DNA of 64,000 nucleotides, taken from assembly GCA_024653825.1 (NCBI GenBank), contig JANLHF010000039.1:6945-70944 (forward strand), written 5' to 3'. The DNA comes from Patescibacteria group bacterium (lineage in GTDB: Bacteria > Patescibacteriota > Minisyncoccia > Phycocordibacterales > Phycocordibacteraceae). Positions 29,401 to 37,991 of the stretch are shown here, in pieces. The position numbers were made by a program, and so were the translations under genes. The stretch's first letter is position 1. Each line of letters starts with the position of its first letter. The notes under the pieces were generated by a model that was not told the origin of the DNA, did not search any database, and saw only the letters and a list, made by a program, of their open reading frames with translations.

Positions 29401-30180
29401 CCGGTCATTACTCCGAGCGGTACGACCTTCCAGGGTTCAATTGATGTGGGGATTGGCCCGACGGTAGATGGTACGACCATTCGCTACACGACGAGTGGCG
29501 ACACTAGCGGTTCCGGTTCCACACCGACCTGCAGTTCCACAGAATACACCGGCGCTCTTACCTTCCACAGCCCGACCGTATTAAATGCGGTGCGTTGTGA
29601 TGGATCAAATAACGTCTCTCCAGTATCCACAGCAACGTTTATCCTCGTTGGTTCTGGTGGCGGTGGAGGTGGAGGTGGTGGAGGTGGTGGAGGTGGCAAC
29701 GTACCTGTTGTCCCAGCAACTCCCGCAACGCCTGCAACTCCGACCGTGACGTCAGCTACTCCCGCAACGCCTGCAACACCGGTGCAAGGACGTGTGCTCG
29801 GTGCAGCGACTTTCAACTTCGCCAACGACCTCCAGATGAACTCCTCGGGAACGGATGTGACCGAACTCCAGAAGAGTCTCATCGCCGAAGGGTTTGATAT
29901 CCCGGCAATAACGAAGGGAGGAGTGAACTACGGCTACTTCGGTGGCCAGACGCGCTCGGCAGTCGTTGCCTTCCAGAAGGCGCGCGGCATCTCGCCGGCG
30001 GTCGGCTACTTCGGCCCGCTCACGCGCGGTGAGCTCAACAAGGGCAGGGTGGTGTCGGCTGTAGCAGGAGGGAATACAAACCTCACGACCGAACAGGCAA
30101 ATGCGATACTCTCGATAATCGAGTCCTTCGGGGCCGATGCATCGGTTGTCGCAAACGTCAGAGCTTCTCTCGGTCTCTAA
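26410..30180 (+). CDS. Large secreted surface protein: parallel beta-helix repeats, Ig/FN3-like module, poly-Gly/PAT linker, peptidoglycan-binding domain
   Basis: Signal peptide, TIQAAIN-type motif x2, Asn ladders, NWWG, DVTELQKSL...GYFGGQTRSAVVAFQ. Confidence 0.85.
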   Translation: MKTALRVSLPVFLSILAFGASAPLAFAANEHVVNLQIATVPTPDAGTSVAVDTPMALAVQAFDSEGAATSTDGTLVVALTDGNNNGVFTTGSTEGVCNVDVWNNATNGIVTSKTRKGFCYKNSTPGAYTLTATAGALSTTFNVTVTGATIVGGNTYPTIQAAINAASTTAPDTINVVAGTYNENLNIDRPVTLQSVSGAGATTISGATGIVVTISSSDVTVTGFTITNGGVHGIGIYSADKSNLTITDNIITGIGNSSADVMGRGVVIVSSASSIDGITISNNQINNITSGMRTGSASVSASGVSVGWSTGTEDITNLVLDGNTISNISADTSPWNSPGTKGQGANGIIINHASGKSGNTGRTVAPQITNNSISNLSGLWSHAIGLEGNTPDTVLSNNTISNLSSTKTPSDAFAIFFEDNAGKTTVSIDGVTYDATTTVAVNAAWNGLGGNPLVSLNGESYIFDVNAFSTIQEGINAVAVGGTVNVVAGTYATTGQVLIDKNLNIVGDAANKPTISPAADFTATNNVAGAWFLVNAGATFNLSNVVLDGNGKKLQQGVRSHGTTSITNVDFANIINSTSPYVGFAIANFGGMVPGGAGSDTHSAGGAASTLTVTNSTFTNIGRVGVLTKGTGSTVTLTGNTYTGKGDGTFLDYAFEFGAGGSGTASGNTISDNRGVASDTSTSAGILVTDYYGTGTSATIENNTITNNTDGIAIGYDEADNSVVVVHSNAFGGNVNAINTTHPTVNAINNWWGNSSGPTVASNPTGTGDTIVEATPGTVSFFPWYINPGMTILSDAVSDTGAIDSSTDNFDVAGTNSGTADIPSGVTNITLGDNTALDLSTGLSGDTVTLNSGTTGEPVVLANSNSNVAGISASIPDGTTITGPSGWDGKIAPPVSDTSGGGSTPAGFSVGGTVISIGSSAGTLTFDKAVKIVLAGVTGTVAYKPALSNDWTTITTQCAGADDPSNISSGECYFTDGANTNIWTYHFTEFGGMTPTAPVITPSGTTFQGSIDVGIGPTVDGTTIRYTTSGDTSGSGSTPTCSSTEYTGALTFHSPTVLNAVRCDGSNNVSPVSTATFILVGSGGGGGGGGGGGGGGNVPVVPATPATPATPTVTSATPATPATPVQGRVLGAATFNFANDLQMNSSGTDVTELQKSLIAEGFDIPAITKGGVNYGYFGGQTRSAVVAFQKARGISPAVGYFGPLTRGELNKGRVVSAVAGGNTNLTTEQANAILSIIESFGADASVVANVRASLGL

Positions 30181-30276
30181 TTCCACACTTCCGGAAGGTC
30201 AAACCTTCCGCAAACACACAACCCCGCCTGTGGCGGGGTTGTGTGTTTTTATGATTCGTTGTATCGTTATCGGCAC

Positions 30277-31251
30277 ATGAAGAAGCCGCTTTTGCACCAT
30301 CTCCACGACTACTTCTTTCCGCACCCGCGCAACAACTATCGTCCGCATCTTTTCAGTGTCGTATCAGTTGCCGTGCTCGTATGTGCAGTCGTTATATTTG
30401 AAGCGGGGTATCTGGTGCAGACGAAGATTGTCTTCCTTAAGACCGACTTCCTCGCATCTGTTTTGCCGGGAGCGCTTGTCGTGCTTACCAACCAAGATCG
30501 CACGACGCTCGGCCTCGCCGGTGTTATTGAAGATCCCCTCCTGAATAAAGCGGCACAAGCAGCCGCAGAGGATATGGCCAACAAGGGCTATTTTGCTCAC
30601 GTATCGCCGGACGGGAAGGACCCGTGGTATTGGCTCAACCAAGTCGGCTACACTTATAGCTACGCAGGACAAAATCTGGCGGTAAATTTCACCGACTCGA
30701 CGAATGTTGAATCGGCATGGATGGAGTCACCGACGCACCGTGCAAACATTTTAAAACCACAATACACGCAGGTTGGCTTCGGTACGGCGAATGGTCTCTA
30801 TGAAGGGAAGGAGACGACCTTCGTTGTTGAGTTCTTTGCGACGCCGGCGTCGACTGTTGCTGAAAAGGTTGCTGTAGCGCCGGCGAAGTCAGCGCCACTT
30901 GAACAGGAGACCACAACAGCACCTGTTCGCGTTCTTGGCATTGAAACAAGTGGCGGAGTCGTAACCGTTGCTCCTGCCCCGACTGAACCGAACTGGTTCG
31001 TTCGTTTGCTTGCCTCACCGCTAAGTACCCTTGTGAGTGTGTTCACCGCCCTCCTCATCATCATCGCTGTGTCGTTTACGTTCGCTTTCTTTATGCGGGG
31101 GAAGATGCTTCATCCGCGCATCGCCATCAGTGGTGCTTTGTTACTCGTTTTCATTTCCGCTTTGATACTGGCAAGCGTAGCGTTCGCGGGTCCCACCCAA
31201 TTGTCTGTCAGTACTCAAACTGCGAGTATCGGCGGGGTGCTTTTGCCGTAA
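30277..31251 (+). CDS. Membrane-anchored CAP (SCP) domain protein
   Basis: LTNQDR, YFAHVSPDG, GQNLA, WMESPTHRANIL. Confidence 0.9.
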   Translation: MKKPLLHHLHDYFFPHPRNNYRPHLFSVVSVAVLVCAVVIFEAGYLVQTKIVFLKTDFLASVLPGALVVLTNQDRTTLGLAGVIEDPLLNKAAQAAAEDMANKGYFAHVSPDGKDPWYWLNQVGYTYSYAGQNLAVNFTDSTNVESAWMESPTHRANILKPQYTQVGFGTANGLYEGKETTFVVEFFATPASTVAEKVAVAPAKSAPLEQETTTAPVRVLGIETSGGVVTVAPAPTEPNWFVRLLASPLSTLVSVFTALLIIIAVSFTFAFFMRGKMLHPRIAISGALLLVFISALILASVAFAGPTQLSVSTQTASIGGVLLP

Positions 31252-31258
31252 GGCAAGG

Positions 31259-31354
31259 CTAGCGCCCGATGGTGGATAGGGCGGGAAGGAACAGGGTGGC
31301 TACCATACCAATGGCGAGCAGGACGACTATGATGACGGCAAGGGCGCGTTTCAT
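31259..31354 (-). CDS. 31-aa single-TM small protein
   Basis: MKRALAVIIVVLLAIGMVATLFLPALSTIGR; TATAGT 6 nt before ATG. Confidence 0.55.
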   Translation of the reverse strand: MKRALAVIIVVLLAIGMVATLFLPALSTIGR

Positions 31355-31372
31355 CCTTCTACTATATCAAAA

Positions 31373-33076
31373 TTATGCCGAAGGTGCAGGGCGGATGAGG
31401 TCGTGCTTGATATCGGCAAACGTGCCGCCAACCTTCTTGCCGGGGTTGAAAATCCCTTGCGGGTCAAACATCTTTTTCGTTTTTTCAAAAAGTTCTATCA
31501 TTTCTGCACCGAAGAGCATCGGGAGATAGGGCGTGCGCACGATACCGTCATTGTGCTCGCCGGTCGTGGTGCCACCGGCCTCGATAACCATTTTATACAC
31601 CTTGGGCGCGAGGTCGAGAATGACTTGGCGATTCTCCTCCTTGGTGAGGTCCATCAGCGGAATGATGTGAATGTTACCGTCGCCAATGTGGCCCGCAACG
31701 GTATAAATCATATTGTCTTTGTATTCATCGAGAAGAGCATTCAGCTTCGGCAAGAATGTCGGATAACTTGAAGGCGGGACGACGAAGTCGTCGATGAAGG
31801 GCGAGGAGACGAGTCCGTGGAGATTCTTGCGCAAGAGGTTGAAGCTCTCGCGGCGCACTATCCAATACTTCTCTGACTCTTTTTCATTTTTTTCAATCTT
31901 CGTTTGTAAATGCAAGTCGGCCAAGGCCTCCTTGGCCGCCAGAGCTTTAGCGTCGGCGGCTTCGATAGTGTCTTCGGCAAATTCGGCCATTAATATCATC
32001 TTGGGCACACCGCCGGTCGCGACCATCGCCGCCTCGGGGATGAAGTCGATGCCGAGCCGCACCGCCTTTATAAGCCCCATTTGCGAGAGCATTTGGGGCA
32101 TAAACTTCACCGCGAGGGTGAAGGTGTGGTCGTCGTAGCTCTCAAACGATTCGGGCTTCTGGAGCAGAACGCGCCGGACAATCTCGGGAAGGATGTTGAG
32201 GTCGTAGAGGAAGCACACAAGCATCGCACGGTGCTCCTTGGGCTTCACCAACCCGAGCTTCGCCTGCGTCCAGAGCGCGAGCGTGCCTTGCGAGCCGCAG
32301 ACGAGCTTCGCAAGGTTGAAGCTGCCGGCGGTCGAATCTTTCACGCTCCAGAGCGCGTAGCCGGCAGAGTTTTTAGATACCTTCGGTCGGTGGCCTTCAA
32401 TGAGCCCGGCGTTCTCGGTGAGAAGCGCGTCCATCTCGCGATAAATCCCGCCTTCAAGCGTGTTCAACTTTTTCTTTTCTTCTAGTTCTGCGTATGACAG
32501 TGCCTTAAAGGTAGTTTGTGAGCCATCAGAGAGAACGACGTCGACTTCTTCGACATACTTTTCTGTCTTGCCGTACTTCAGTGTGCGCTCGCCGCCGGAA
32601 TTGTTTGCCACGATGCCGCCCATCGCGGCTATCTCGCGCGAGGCGGGGTAGGAGGGGAGTATTAAACCTTTTTCCAGTGTCGCCTTTTCAAAATCCCTAT
32701 AAAACACCCCTGGCTCCGTCACCGCGTACCCGTCAATTTCACTTGGGGGTCGGACCCCCAAGTCAGAAGTGACTTCGCCCATATGATTCATATGCTCGGT
32801 AAAAGAGACCACGACGCCGGTCGTGAGAGGGCCGCCCGACATGTCGGTACCGGCGGAGCGCGCCGCGAGCGAAATTTCAGTACCTCGACTTCGCTCGGCA
32901 CCTACGACGCGAACGAGTTCGGAAACATCGTTCGCGTCTACGGGATACACCACCAGCTCCGGCATCCGCGTAAACAGGGACGTGTCGCGACTAAGCTTCG
33001 CAAGCGTCGCGCCGTCATCACTCACCTCGCCCTTCATCACCCCCTTCAGCGCATTTTTCAAATCTTCTGTGGTCAT
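31373..33076 (-). CDS. FAD-linked oxidase (GlcD/D-lactate dehydrogenase family)
   Basis: RSAGTDMSGG, GGIVANNSGG, GSQGTL, GHIGDGNIH, GEHNDG, FNPGK. Confidence 0.9.
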   Translation of the reverse strand: MTTEDLKNALKGVMKGEVSDDGATLAKLSRDTSLFTRMPELVVYPVDANDVSELVRVVGAERSRGTEISLAARSAGTDMSGGPLTTGVVVSFTEHMNHMGEVTSDLGVRPPSEIDGYAVTEPGVFYRDFEKATLEKGLILPSYPASREIAAMGGIVANNSGGERTLKYGKTEKYVEEVDVVLSDGSQTTFKALSYAELEEKKKLNTLEGGIYREMDALLTENAGLIEGHRPKVSKNSAGYALWSVKDSTAGSFNLAKLVCGSQGTLALWTQAKLGLVKPKEHRAMLVCFLYDLNILPEIVRRVLLQKPESFESYDDHTFTLAVKFMPQMLSQMGLIKAVRLGIDFIPEAAMVATGGVPKMILMAEFAEDTIEAADAKALAAKEALADLHLQTKIEKNEKESEKYWIVRRESFNLLRKNLHGLVSSPFIDDFVVPPSSYPTFLPKLNALLDEYKDNMIYTVAGHIGDGNIHIIPLMDLTKEENRQVILDLAPKVYKMVIEAGGTTTGEHNDGIVRTPYLPMLFGAEMIELFEKTKKMFDPQGIFNPGKKVGGTFADIKHDLIRPAPSA

Positions 33077-33392
33077 ATGAGAACAGTATATACTAGGGGG
33101 ATGGAATGGTTCGAGTCCCGGTTCTGAGTCAATCAAGGCAACTAAAAGGCGAATTCTCGAAAAAGTACCATCAGCCAGTTTTAAGGTTGTAGACCAAGGA
33201 TTCACTGGTTTCATGGCGAGTCAGGCTCGTGACGATTTCTTTAAGTAATGAGTCTTTTTTGAGCAGTAATAAGATTCCAACACCGCCTCGCACAGCCAGC
33301 AGGCACCTTTCTTCCAACCCTCCCGAGTCCCGCTGCTCAAACGGAATTGAAAGTGCCCCACTACGAAGTAGCGGGGCACGGATTCTTGGATT

Positions 33393-34055
33393 TTATCCCA
33401 TCGAGTTAATCCAGTCGGGAAGATCTTTGATTGACGGAATGACGTGGTTCTCGGGCACCGGATGCGTCTTATCGTGCCCGTTGCGGTAGGGACCGGTCTC
33501 TACGATGACCGTCCTGATACCCGCATTCCGCCCTGCCTCAATATCGACAAAGGTATCGCCGACGAAGAGGCACTCCTCTCGGCGCACATTCTGCCGAGTG
33601 AGCATTTGCAGAGTGCCGGTAAAGGCGCGCCCATCGGGCTTACTGTAGGCTGAATCTTCGCGCGCGGTGATACGCGCGAAATAGTTCTGCAGCCCTTCGC
33701 GCGCGAGGATTGACATCACCGACTCGCGGTGGCGCGAGGTAAGGATACAGACCGTGAGACATTGTTCACGGAACCAGCCGAGTGTCTCCCGAACGCCCTT
33801 GACGAGGGGGATGGGATTTTCGTTGTCCAATTCCTCCCATTCTTGATACATGCGTTTTGCGCGTTCACGCTCAACGCCGAACGCATTCTGCAGGAACTCG
33901 ATGCCGGTATGGCCCCAGGTTTCCTCCATCTTCTGCCGTATCTCAGGCGTGATGGAGAGGCCGTTTCGTTTGGCGAGCCAATCCAGATGTTTGAAGGCAT
34001 CCTGGTATGAATCAAGGATCGTCCCGTCGAAATCGACGATAATTGCTTGGTACAT
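33393..34055 (-). CDS. HAD-superfamily hydrolase
   Basis: DFDGTILDS, LTS, KPD, VGDTFVDIEAG. Confidence 0.92.
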   Translation of the reverse strand: MYQAIIVDFDGTILDSYQDAFKHLDWLAKRNGLSITPEIRQKMEETWGHTGIEFLQNAFGVERERAKRMYQEWEELDNENPIPLVKGVRETLGWFREQCLTVCILTSRHRESVMSILAREGLQNYFARITAREDSAYSKPDGRAFTGTLQMLTRQNVRREECLFVGDTFVDIEAGRNAGIRTVIVETGPYRNGHDKTHPVPENHVIPSIKDLPDWINSMG

Positions 34056-34302
34056 GACAATGTCCTCCCAAAGAAAATCTGTCCAGGGTCATAGTAGAGA
34101 ATCGGATGCAACAAGTCAAAGTGAAGAACAGCCGAAAGACACCTTTCTTCCCACCCTCCAGGGCACGAGTAATTCTTTGAACGGCTCAGACCGTCTGAGG
34201 CGTTTGGCGCCATTATGATACTCTTGCAAAAAATTGGGACTTTGGTACTATCTTAAACGGCTGCATTTTTGGCCGCACTTCAACCAAAGAAGGAGAAGTC
34301 TA

Positions 34303-34746
34303 GTGAAAACCACAAGCCGTTTGAGAGTGTTGATCGCCGCCGCTGTCCTTTCAATTTCATCCGCAAGCATCGCCTTCGCCGCCGCTGACACGCTGACGCC
34401 GCCTGACCAAATCGCAGTCACGGGCATGGCCACCGGCATTGAGCAGCAAGCACCCAACCTGGTCCTGGCCACCGACGCCACTGAAGCGCCCATGCTGGTC
34501 GCTGCCGCCGGCACGAACGAGTCGTACCAGATCCAGCTCGCCGCGGCGCCCACAGGCGTCAGTTCCGCTGGCTCGTCAGCGTCCGGACCGTCTCTGGCGC
34601 AGAAAGTCGGCTGGGGCCTCGTCGGCGCGACCGCGGTGAATCTCGCCACTGGCAACGTCGTCGGCATGGCCTGGACCTGGCACGCGGTTTTGACCGGCGC
34701 CGGTGGGTACGTCGGTGCTACAACCGTCGCCGACAAGATGAAGTAA
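34303..34746 (+). CDS. Secreted hypothetical protein with C-terminal Gly-rich hydrophobic segments
   Basis: AAGGAG SD, GTG start, signal peptide, own terminator. Confidence 0.7.
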   Translation: MKTTSRLRVLIAAAVLSISSASIAFAAADTLTPPDQIAVTGMATGIEQQAPNLVLATDATEAPMLVAAAGTNESYQIQLAAAPTGVSSAGSSASGPSLAQKVGWGLVGATAVNLATGNVVGMAWTWHAVLTGAGGYVGATTVADKMK

Positions 34747-34827
34747 GCTGCCGCGGGCACGTGAACAAAGCCGGAGGATTCGTCCTCCGGTTTTTCTTTT
34801 TGACTCCCATACTGTTAGAGTGTCTGC

Positions 34828-36528
34828 ATGACTCAAGGCGAGGCGCTTACGATTTTAAAAACGGGCGCGAATGTGTATCTCACCGGCGAGCCGGGGAGCG
34901 GGAAGACGTACACCATAAATGAATTCGTCGCGTGGCTGCGCGCCTCGGGCATCGAGCCGTCAGTAACCGCGGCGACCGGTATCGCGGCGACGCACGTCGC
35001 GGGGATGACGCTCCACTCCTGGAGCGGTATCGGTATTAACGAATCGCTCTCCCGCGCCGACGTCGACCGCATCGCGACCAAGGAGCACATCGCGAAACGT
35101 ATTACGAAAGCGAGGGTGCTCATTATTGAGGAAATTTCAATGCTTTCTTCTGCGACATTCGAGATGGCGGACGCTGTTTGCCGCGAGGTGCGTAGAGTCG
35201 ACAAGCCCTTCGGCGGGCTCACAGTCATCTTGGTGGGCGACTTTTTCCAGTTACCACCCGTCTCGCGTAATAGAGAAGTCGCTTTCGCCTATACGTCGCC
35301 GGCCTGGCGCGAATTAAATCTCATCACCTGCTATCTCACCGAGCAGTATCGCCAAGACGACAGTGAATTCCTCAGCGTGCTCTCCGCTATTCGCTCGGGA
35401 GAAGTGGAAGAGATGCACTACGAGCAACTTAGGACACGGCGTGTCCTAAATAAGGAAGAGGAGCCGGCGGATGCGCCAAAACTGTTTTCGCATAATGCCG
35501 ATGTCGATCGCATCAATGCGGCAGAACTTGCAAAACTAAAAGGAACATCGAAGAAATTCAGCATGAGCTCAAAAGGAAAGGATAGTTTCGTGGAGGGACT
35601 GAAGCGCGGCTGTCTCTCGCCTGAGGTGTTGGAGCTGAAGGAGGGCGCGGCGGTGATGTTCACCAAGAACTCGCCCCAAGGGAGATTTGTGAACGGTACG
35701 CTCGGCGTGGTGAGCGGATGGGGTGCTGATGGGGCGCCGATTGTGAAGACAAAAGAGGGGCTACGTATCACGACCGAGCCGATGGAGTGGCAACTTGAAG
35801 AGCAGGGGAAGGTGAAGGCGAGCGTCTCGCAGATACCGCTTCGGCTCGCCTACGCGATGACCGTGCATAAGAGCCAGGGGATGAGTATGGACGCGGCGAT
35901 TATGGATCTCTCGAGAGCCTTTGAATACGGACAGGGTTATGTCGCGCTCTCGCGGGTGCGCCGCCTGAGCGGGGTGTATCTCACGGGGCTCAATCAACGC
36001 GCGCTTGAAGTGCATCCGGAGATTCTTGAAAAAGATAAAGACTTCCGTGCCGCCTCAGAGGCGGCACGCGATGCGTTCGCCCCTCGACCAGACTCGGGGC
36101 AGGCGGGAATGTCTGAAACCGAGAAAATAGCGATGCAGAAGAAATTCGTCAAAGCGATGGGAGGAGCCTGGATGGAAAACACAGGGAGTAGCAAGCAAGG
36201 GGTAGGGAGTAGGAAAAAAGATTCGGCAGGGCTGCCGGGGAGACTGGCAGAGACGTTACAGACCGTGCGCGACGCGAAGAGTTTAAAAGAAGTCGTGAAG
36301 TCGCGCGGGCTCGTCGCCTCGACAATCGTGAAGCATCTGGAGGAGCTCGCAGAGATAGGGAAGCTCGCTCGTTCTGACTTCGCGCATCTCGTCCCCATAG
36401 ACATTGTTGATGAAATCCATGAAGCGCTCAAAGATGAAGACACGGATCGTCTTTCACCGGTATTCCATTCTCTCCACGGCCGGCACTCCTTCGAGACTAT
36501 CCGTCTCGTCCGCCTGATGCGGGATTGA
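34828..36528 (+). CDS. PIF1-family helicase with C-terminal HTH
   Basis: GEPGSGKT, EEISM, GDFFQLPP, TVHKSQG, YVALSR. Confidence 0.92.
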   Translation: MTQGEALTILKTGANVYLTGEPGSGKTYTINEFVAWLRASGIEPSVTAATGIAATHVAGMTLHSWSGIGINESLSRADVDRIATKEHIAKRITKARVLIIEEISMLSSATFEMADAVCREVRRVDKPFGGLTVILVGDFFQLPPVSRNREVAFAYTSPAWRELNLITCYLTEQYRQDDSEFLSVLSAIRSGEVEEMHYEQLRTRRVLNKEEEPADAPKLFSHNADVDRINAAELAKLKGTSKKFSMSSKGKDSFVEGLKRGCLSPEVLELKEGAAVMFTKNSPQGRFVNGTLGVVSGWGADGAPIVKTKEGLRITTEPMEWQLEEQGKVKASVSQIPLRLAYAMTVHKSQGMSMDAAIMDLSRAFEYGQGYVALSRVRRLSGVYLTGLNQRALEVHPEILEKDKDFRAASEAARDAFAPRPDSGQAGMSETEKIAMQKKFVKAMGGAWMENTGSSKQGVGSRKKDSAGLPGRLAETLQTVRDAKSLKEVVKSRGLVASTIVKHLEELAEIGKLARSDFAHLVPIDIVDEIHEALKDEDTDRLSPVFHSLHGRHSFETIRLVRLMRD

Positions 36529-36619
36529 CAAAATAATCCGAGTGTGCTAAGGTTATCTCGGACCTCATATGAGGGATTGTCACGCGGGCCTCGGCCTGCT
36601 TTGAAGGGGGAAATACATC

Positions 36620-37186
36620 ATGCAGACGCAAACATCGCAATTTCCGCGACGCGGCATCCTGACTCTGAAAGGGGTCATCTCGCGCGAACCGGCGAAGCAG
36701 CCGACTGCAGTACCCGCAGCGGAGTCGGCGAAGACTTCGTCGAGACCCGTCGTCGAGTTCAAAGACGGCGTGCAGTTCGTTTTGATTTTCAGCTGCCCGC
36801 GCACGTTCGTGCCGGAGGGTATTCAAACCCCTCCGGCGGACGGCGGCAACGGAGTAACGGCAGGCTCGGCCGAGGAAGGCCTTCGCTTCAGCAAGGCGAA
36901 AGTCGACCTGGGCGGGCTGCTAGCTCGCTGCACCGTGGACAGCATCAACGTCCGTGAGCAGAAGGGGTATTGCAGGGTGTACGTCAACTGCACCATTGCG
37001 GCAAACGGTGACGGTTTTGGTCCCTGGAAGGGCTCGTACGAACGCTTCGTGCGCCGGGAACTGGCGCGAGTTTGGAAGCGCGCCGTGGCGAAGCTGCACC
37101 CGGACGGGAAGACCTCGCTCGAGCTGCGCGACATCTGCAAGGACGCCGTCGCGGGCGTCACCATCAGGTTCGCGATCAAGGGTTGA
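36620..37186 (+). CDS. Hypothetical protein
   Basis: TTGACA-17-TAAGGT promoter, SD, terminator. Confidence 0.7.
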   Translation: MQTQTSQFPRRGILTLKGVISREPAKQPTAVPAAESAKTSSRPVVEFKDGVQFVLIFSCPRTFVPEGIQTPPADGGNGVTAGSAEEGLRFSKAKVDLGGLLARCTVDSINVREQKGYCRVYVNCTIAANGDGFGPWKGSYERFVRRELARVWKRAVAKLHPDGKTSLELRDICKDAVAGVTIRFAIKG

Positions 37187-37226
37187 TCACGGATGTTTCA
37201 GAAGGGGGGCCACCAGCCTCCCTTTT

Positions 37227-37991
37227 TTATTTTCCTGCAAGAAGCGATTTAATGAGATGTTCAGTGTCGGACGGATCTTTGACTGCCTTTGTCTGTGCCT
37301 CTGTTTTATACACCGCTTCATCGTTACCGCCCGACCCGAGCTCATCGCCGACATAGAGGGCCTCGGATTCTTTAATACCGAGCCGTTCACAGAGTTGATG
37401 GATGCCGTACGCTTTGTCGATGCCGTGTTTCGTCACGTCGATGCTTGTGGCGCCGCCGATGCTGGCAGAAAACTGGGGCAGTCGCTTTGCGATTGCCGTT
37501 TGGAGGGCGTGTCGTTTTTTATGATTAGGGTCCCATTCTTTTTTGAGTGCGATAGGTGCCTGTTGACCGAGAGCGGAGAAGGTGACCTGACCTCCGCGAT
37601 ATTCGATACGTTCGCCGTGCGTGGGTTCTGAGAGATCGACGAGACCGGTCTCCTTCACCGCGGCACCGATAGCTACTTCGATAGTGTCTTTTTCTTTTTC
37701 TGAAAGGCGTTCCTCGTAAATTTTTTTCCAACTTGCTCCGAGCAAAGTCGAGGAGTCGTCGTATTCGTAGAGTGCGGCGCCGCTCGTCGGGAGGATGTAA
37801 AGATGTGCGAGATTTGCTGCGACCGGCAGTCGCGAGACGACCTGTTTAAGAAATTGTGAAAGCGCGCCGCCGGAGATGACGGCAACGCGCGTGGTCGCGA
37901 GAAGTTTCGCGACGAGTGCAGCCATCTCGTCGGTAAGGGGCTGCTTACTCTCCGCGAGCGTGCCGTCCAAATCAAAGAAGATGAGCTTCAT
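37227..37991 (-). CDS. HAD-IIB hydrolase (eukaryotic-type phosphomannomutase-like)
   Basis: FDLDGTL, IEYRG, GGATSID, GIDKAYG, GDE...GND. Confidence 0.85.
   Translation of the reverse strand: MKLIFFDLDGTLAESKQPLTDEMAALVAKLLATTRVAVISGGALSQFLKQVVSRLPVAANLAHLYILPTSGAALYEYDDSSTLLGASWKKIYEERLSEKEKDTIEVAIGAAVKETGLVDLSEPTHGERIEYRGGQVTFSALGQQAPIALKKEWDPNHKKRHALQTAIAKRLPQFSASIGGATSIDVTKHGIDKAYGIHQLCERLGIKESEALYVGDELGSGGNDEAVYKTEAQTKAVKDPSDTEHLIKSLLAGK

Noticed and set aside
33096-33390. tmRNA or tRNA (GGGGATGGAATGGTTCGAG start)
   Set aside because: No matching 3' acceptor/T-arm, tag ORF or cloverleaf found
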